A DNA stretch of 63,493 nt, filler included, from Octopus bimaculoides (taxonomy: Eukaryota): NCBI RefSeq assembly GCF_001194135.2. It is 5 parts of 5 records of this genome, joined end to end, with 100 filler letters (N's around TTAATTAATTAA, not from the genome) between each part and the next. Parts side by side here need not be neighbours in the genome. Positions count along the whole stretch, not along the records: positions 62,476 to 63,493 come from NW_026365585.1; 4 more parts are not named here. The stretch is one strand, 5' to 3'. Below are positions 62,672 through 63,493 of this stretch, one piece after another. The notes beneath the pieces were generated by a model. That model worked only from the letters and a program-made list of their open reading frames with translations, did not search any database and was not told where the DNA came from. Numbering within the stretch: the first letter of the stretch is position 1; the number at the start of each line of letters is the position of its first letter. Position numbers and translations under genes: made by a program.

Positions 62672-62765
62672 TAGTAATCTCACGACTATCGCAGGTGTTA
62701 TATGTTCCAAAAACCCCCGCGATAGGTGAAAATCCGCGAAGTAGAAACAGTACTATATAGTTTTT
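62672..62765 (+). mobile_element. Tigger/pogo-like MITE end
   Basis: tagtaatctcacgactatcgc...cccccgcgataggtgaaaatccgcgaagtag. Confidence 0.5.
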
Positions 62766-62786
62766 ATTTATTATTTTCATAATTTG

Positions 62787-62955
62787 TACAGGGTGTCCGC
62801 AAAGTCTGGGTACATAGGGGTTAACACTTACTTTTAAAACAAAACAATTTTATTTAATTATAATGTTGATAAATAATATTTTCAAAATGATTTCCATCAT
62901 TTTCAATGCATAACTTGATGCACCTTGTAAAATTCAGGTGAACTCGATTAAATAA
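62787..62955 (+). mobile_element. Tc1/mariner-like end
   Basis: TA followed by cagggtgtccgcaaagtc, a typical Tc1/mariner terminus. Confidence 0.5.
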
Positions 62956-62960
62956 GTCTA

Positions 62961-63391
62961 GCGAGATCGTATTCGAGCGAGATTGTATTCGAGCGAGATC
63001 GTTGCCAGTGCCGATGGACTGGCTCCTGTGCAGGTGGCACGTAAAACACACCATTTCGAGCGTGGCCGTCGCCAGTTCCGCCTGACTGGCCCTCGTGCCG
63101 GTGGCACGTAAAACACCCACTACACTCACTCTCGGAGTGGTTGGCGTTAGGAAGGGCATCCAGCTGTAGAAACTCTGCCAAATCANNNNNNNNNNCCGGT
63201 GGCACGTAAAACACCCACTACACTCACTCTCGGAGTGGTTGGCGTTAGGAAGGGCATCCAGCTGTAGAAACTCTGCCAAATCAGATTGGAGCCTGGTGTC
63301 GCCTCCTGGTCCACCAGTCCTCAGTCAAATCGTCCAACCCATGCCAGCATGGAAAGCGGACGTTAAACGATGATGATGATGATGATGATGA
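62961..63391 (+). mobile_element. RTE-related 3' end with hairpin repeats and a (GAT)n tail
   Basis: Shares gagatcgttgccagtgcc...gactggc...ggtggcac with 44803-44976; ends ggacgttaaacgatgatgat. Confidence 0.7.
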
Positions 63392-63493
63392 CATTGCCAT
63401 CAGTTTCAGCACACTTGACTGGTAATGCGTTCTCTCATGTGGATTAAATCTGTAATCTTTATTGAGTAAACTTTCTCTTTCAACATACCCCAG

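Noticed and set aside
63096-63285. Exact ~89-bp tandem duplication
   Set aside because: The two identical copies flank a ~11-N gap; most likely unmerged contig overlap.

Overview
Repeat-dense eukaryotic genomic DNA, most likely octopus or another coleoid cephalopod (inferred from the SINE families and the abundance of AT, AC, ATAC and ATT microsatellites). Draft assembly with many N gaps. Four artificial ~100-bp linkers (N44-TTAATTAATTAA-N44) split the window into five blocks whose adjacency is not assured. The only host gene I can support is the 3' part of a relaxin-receptor-type LGR GPCR (RXFP1/2- or Drosophila Lgr3/Lgr4-like): two exons, 7171-8009 and 8882-~9102/9123, with splice sites that match in phase. 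The rest is decayed mobile DNA: a near-complete Mag-type Ty3/Gypsy element, L1/Tx1-clade LINEs, R4/Dong LINE fragments tied to (TAA)n, Penelope-like elements with candidate hammerhead ribozymes, RTE remnants, Tc1/mariner and hAT remnants, several foldback elements and at least four tRNA-type SINE families. Top observations: (1) three divergent L1/Tx1 elements joined head-to-tail through a near-identical ~55-bp junction, one apparently ORF1-only, suggesting self-targeting; (2) a ~1-kb foldback element carrying telomere-like repeats inside a Gypsy LTR; (3) two foldable type I hammerhead ribozymes; (4) a Dong LINE inserted in the microsatellite that forms the GPCR 3' splice region. All assignments come from reading motifs by eye; no database searches were run.
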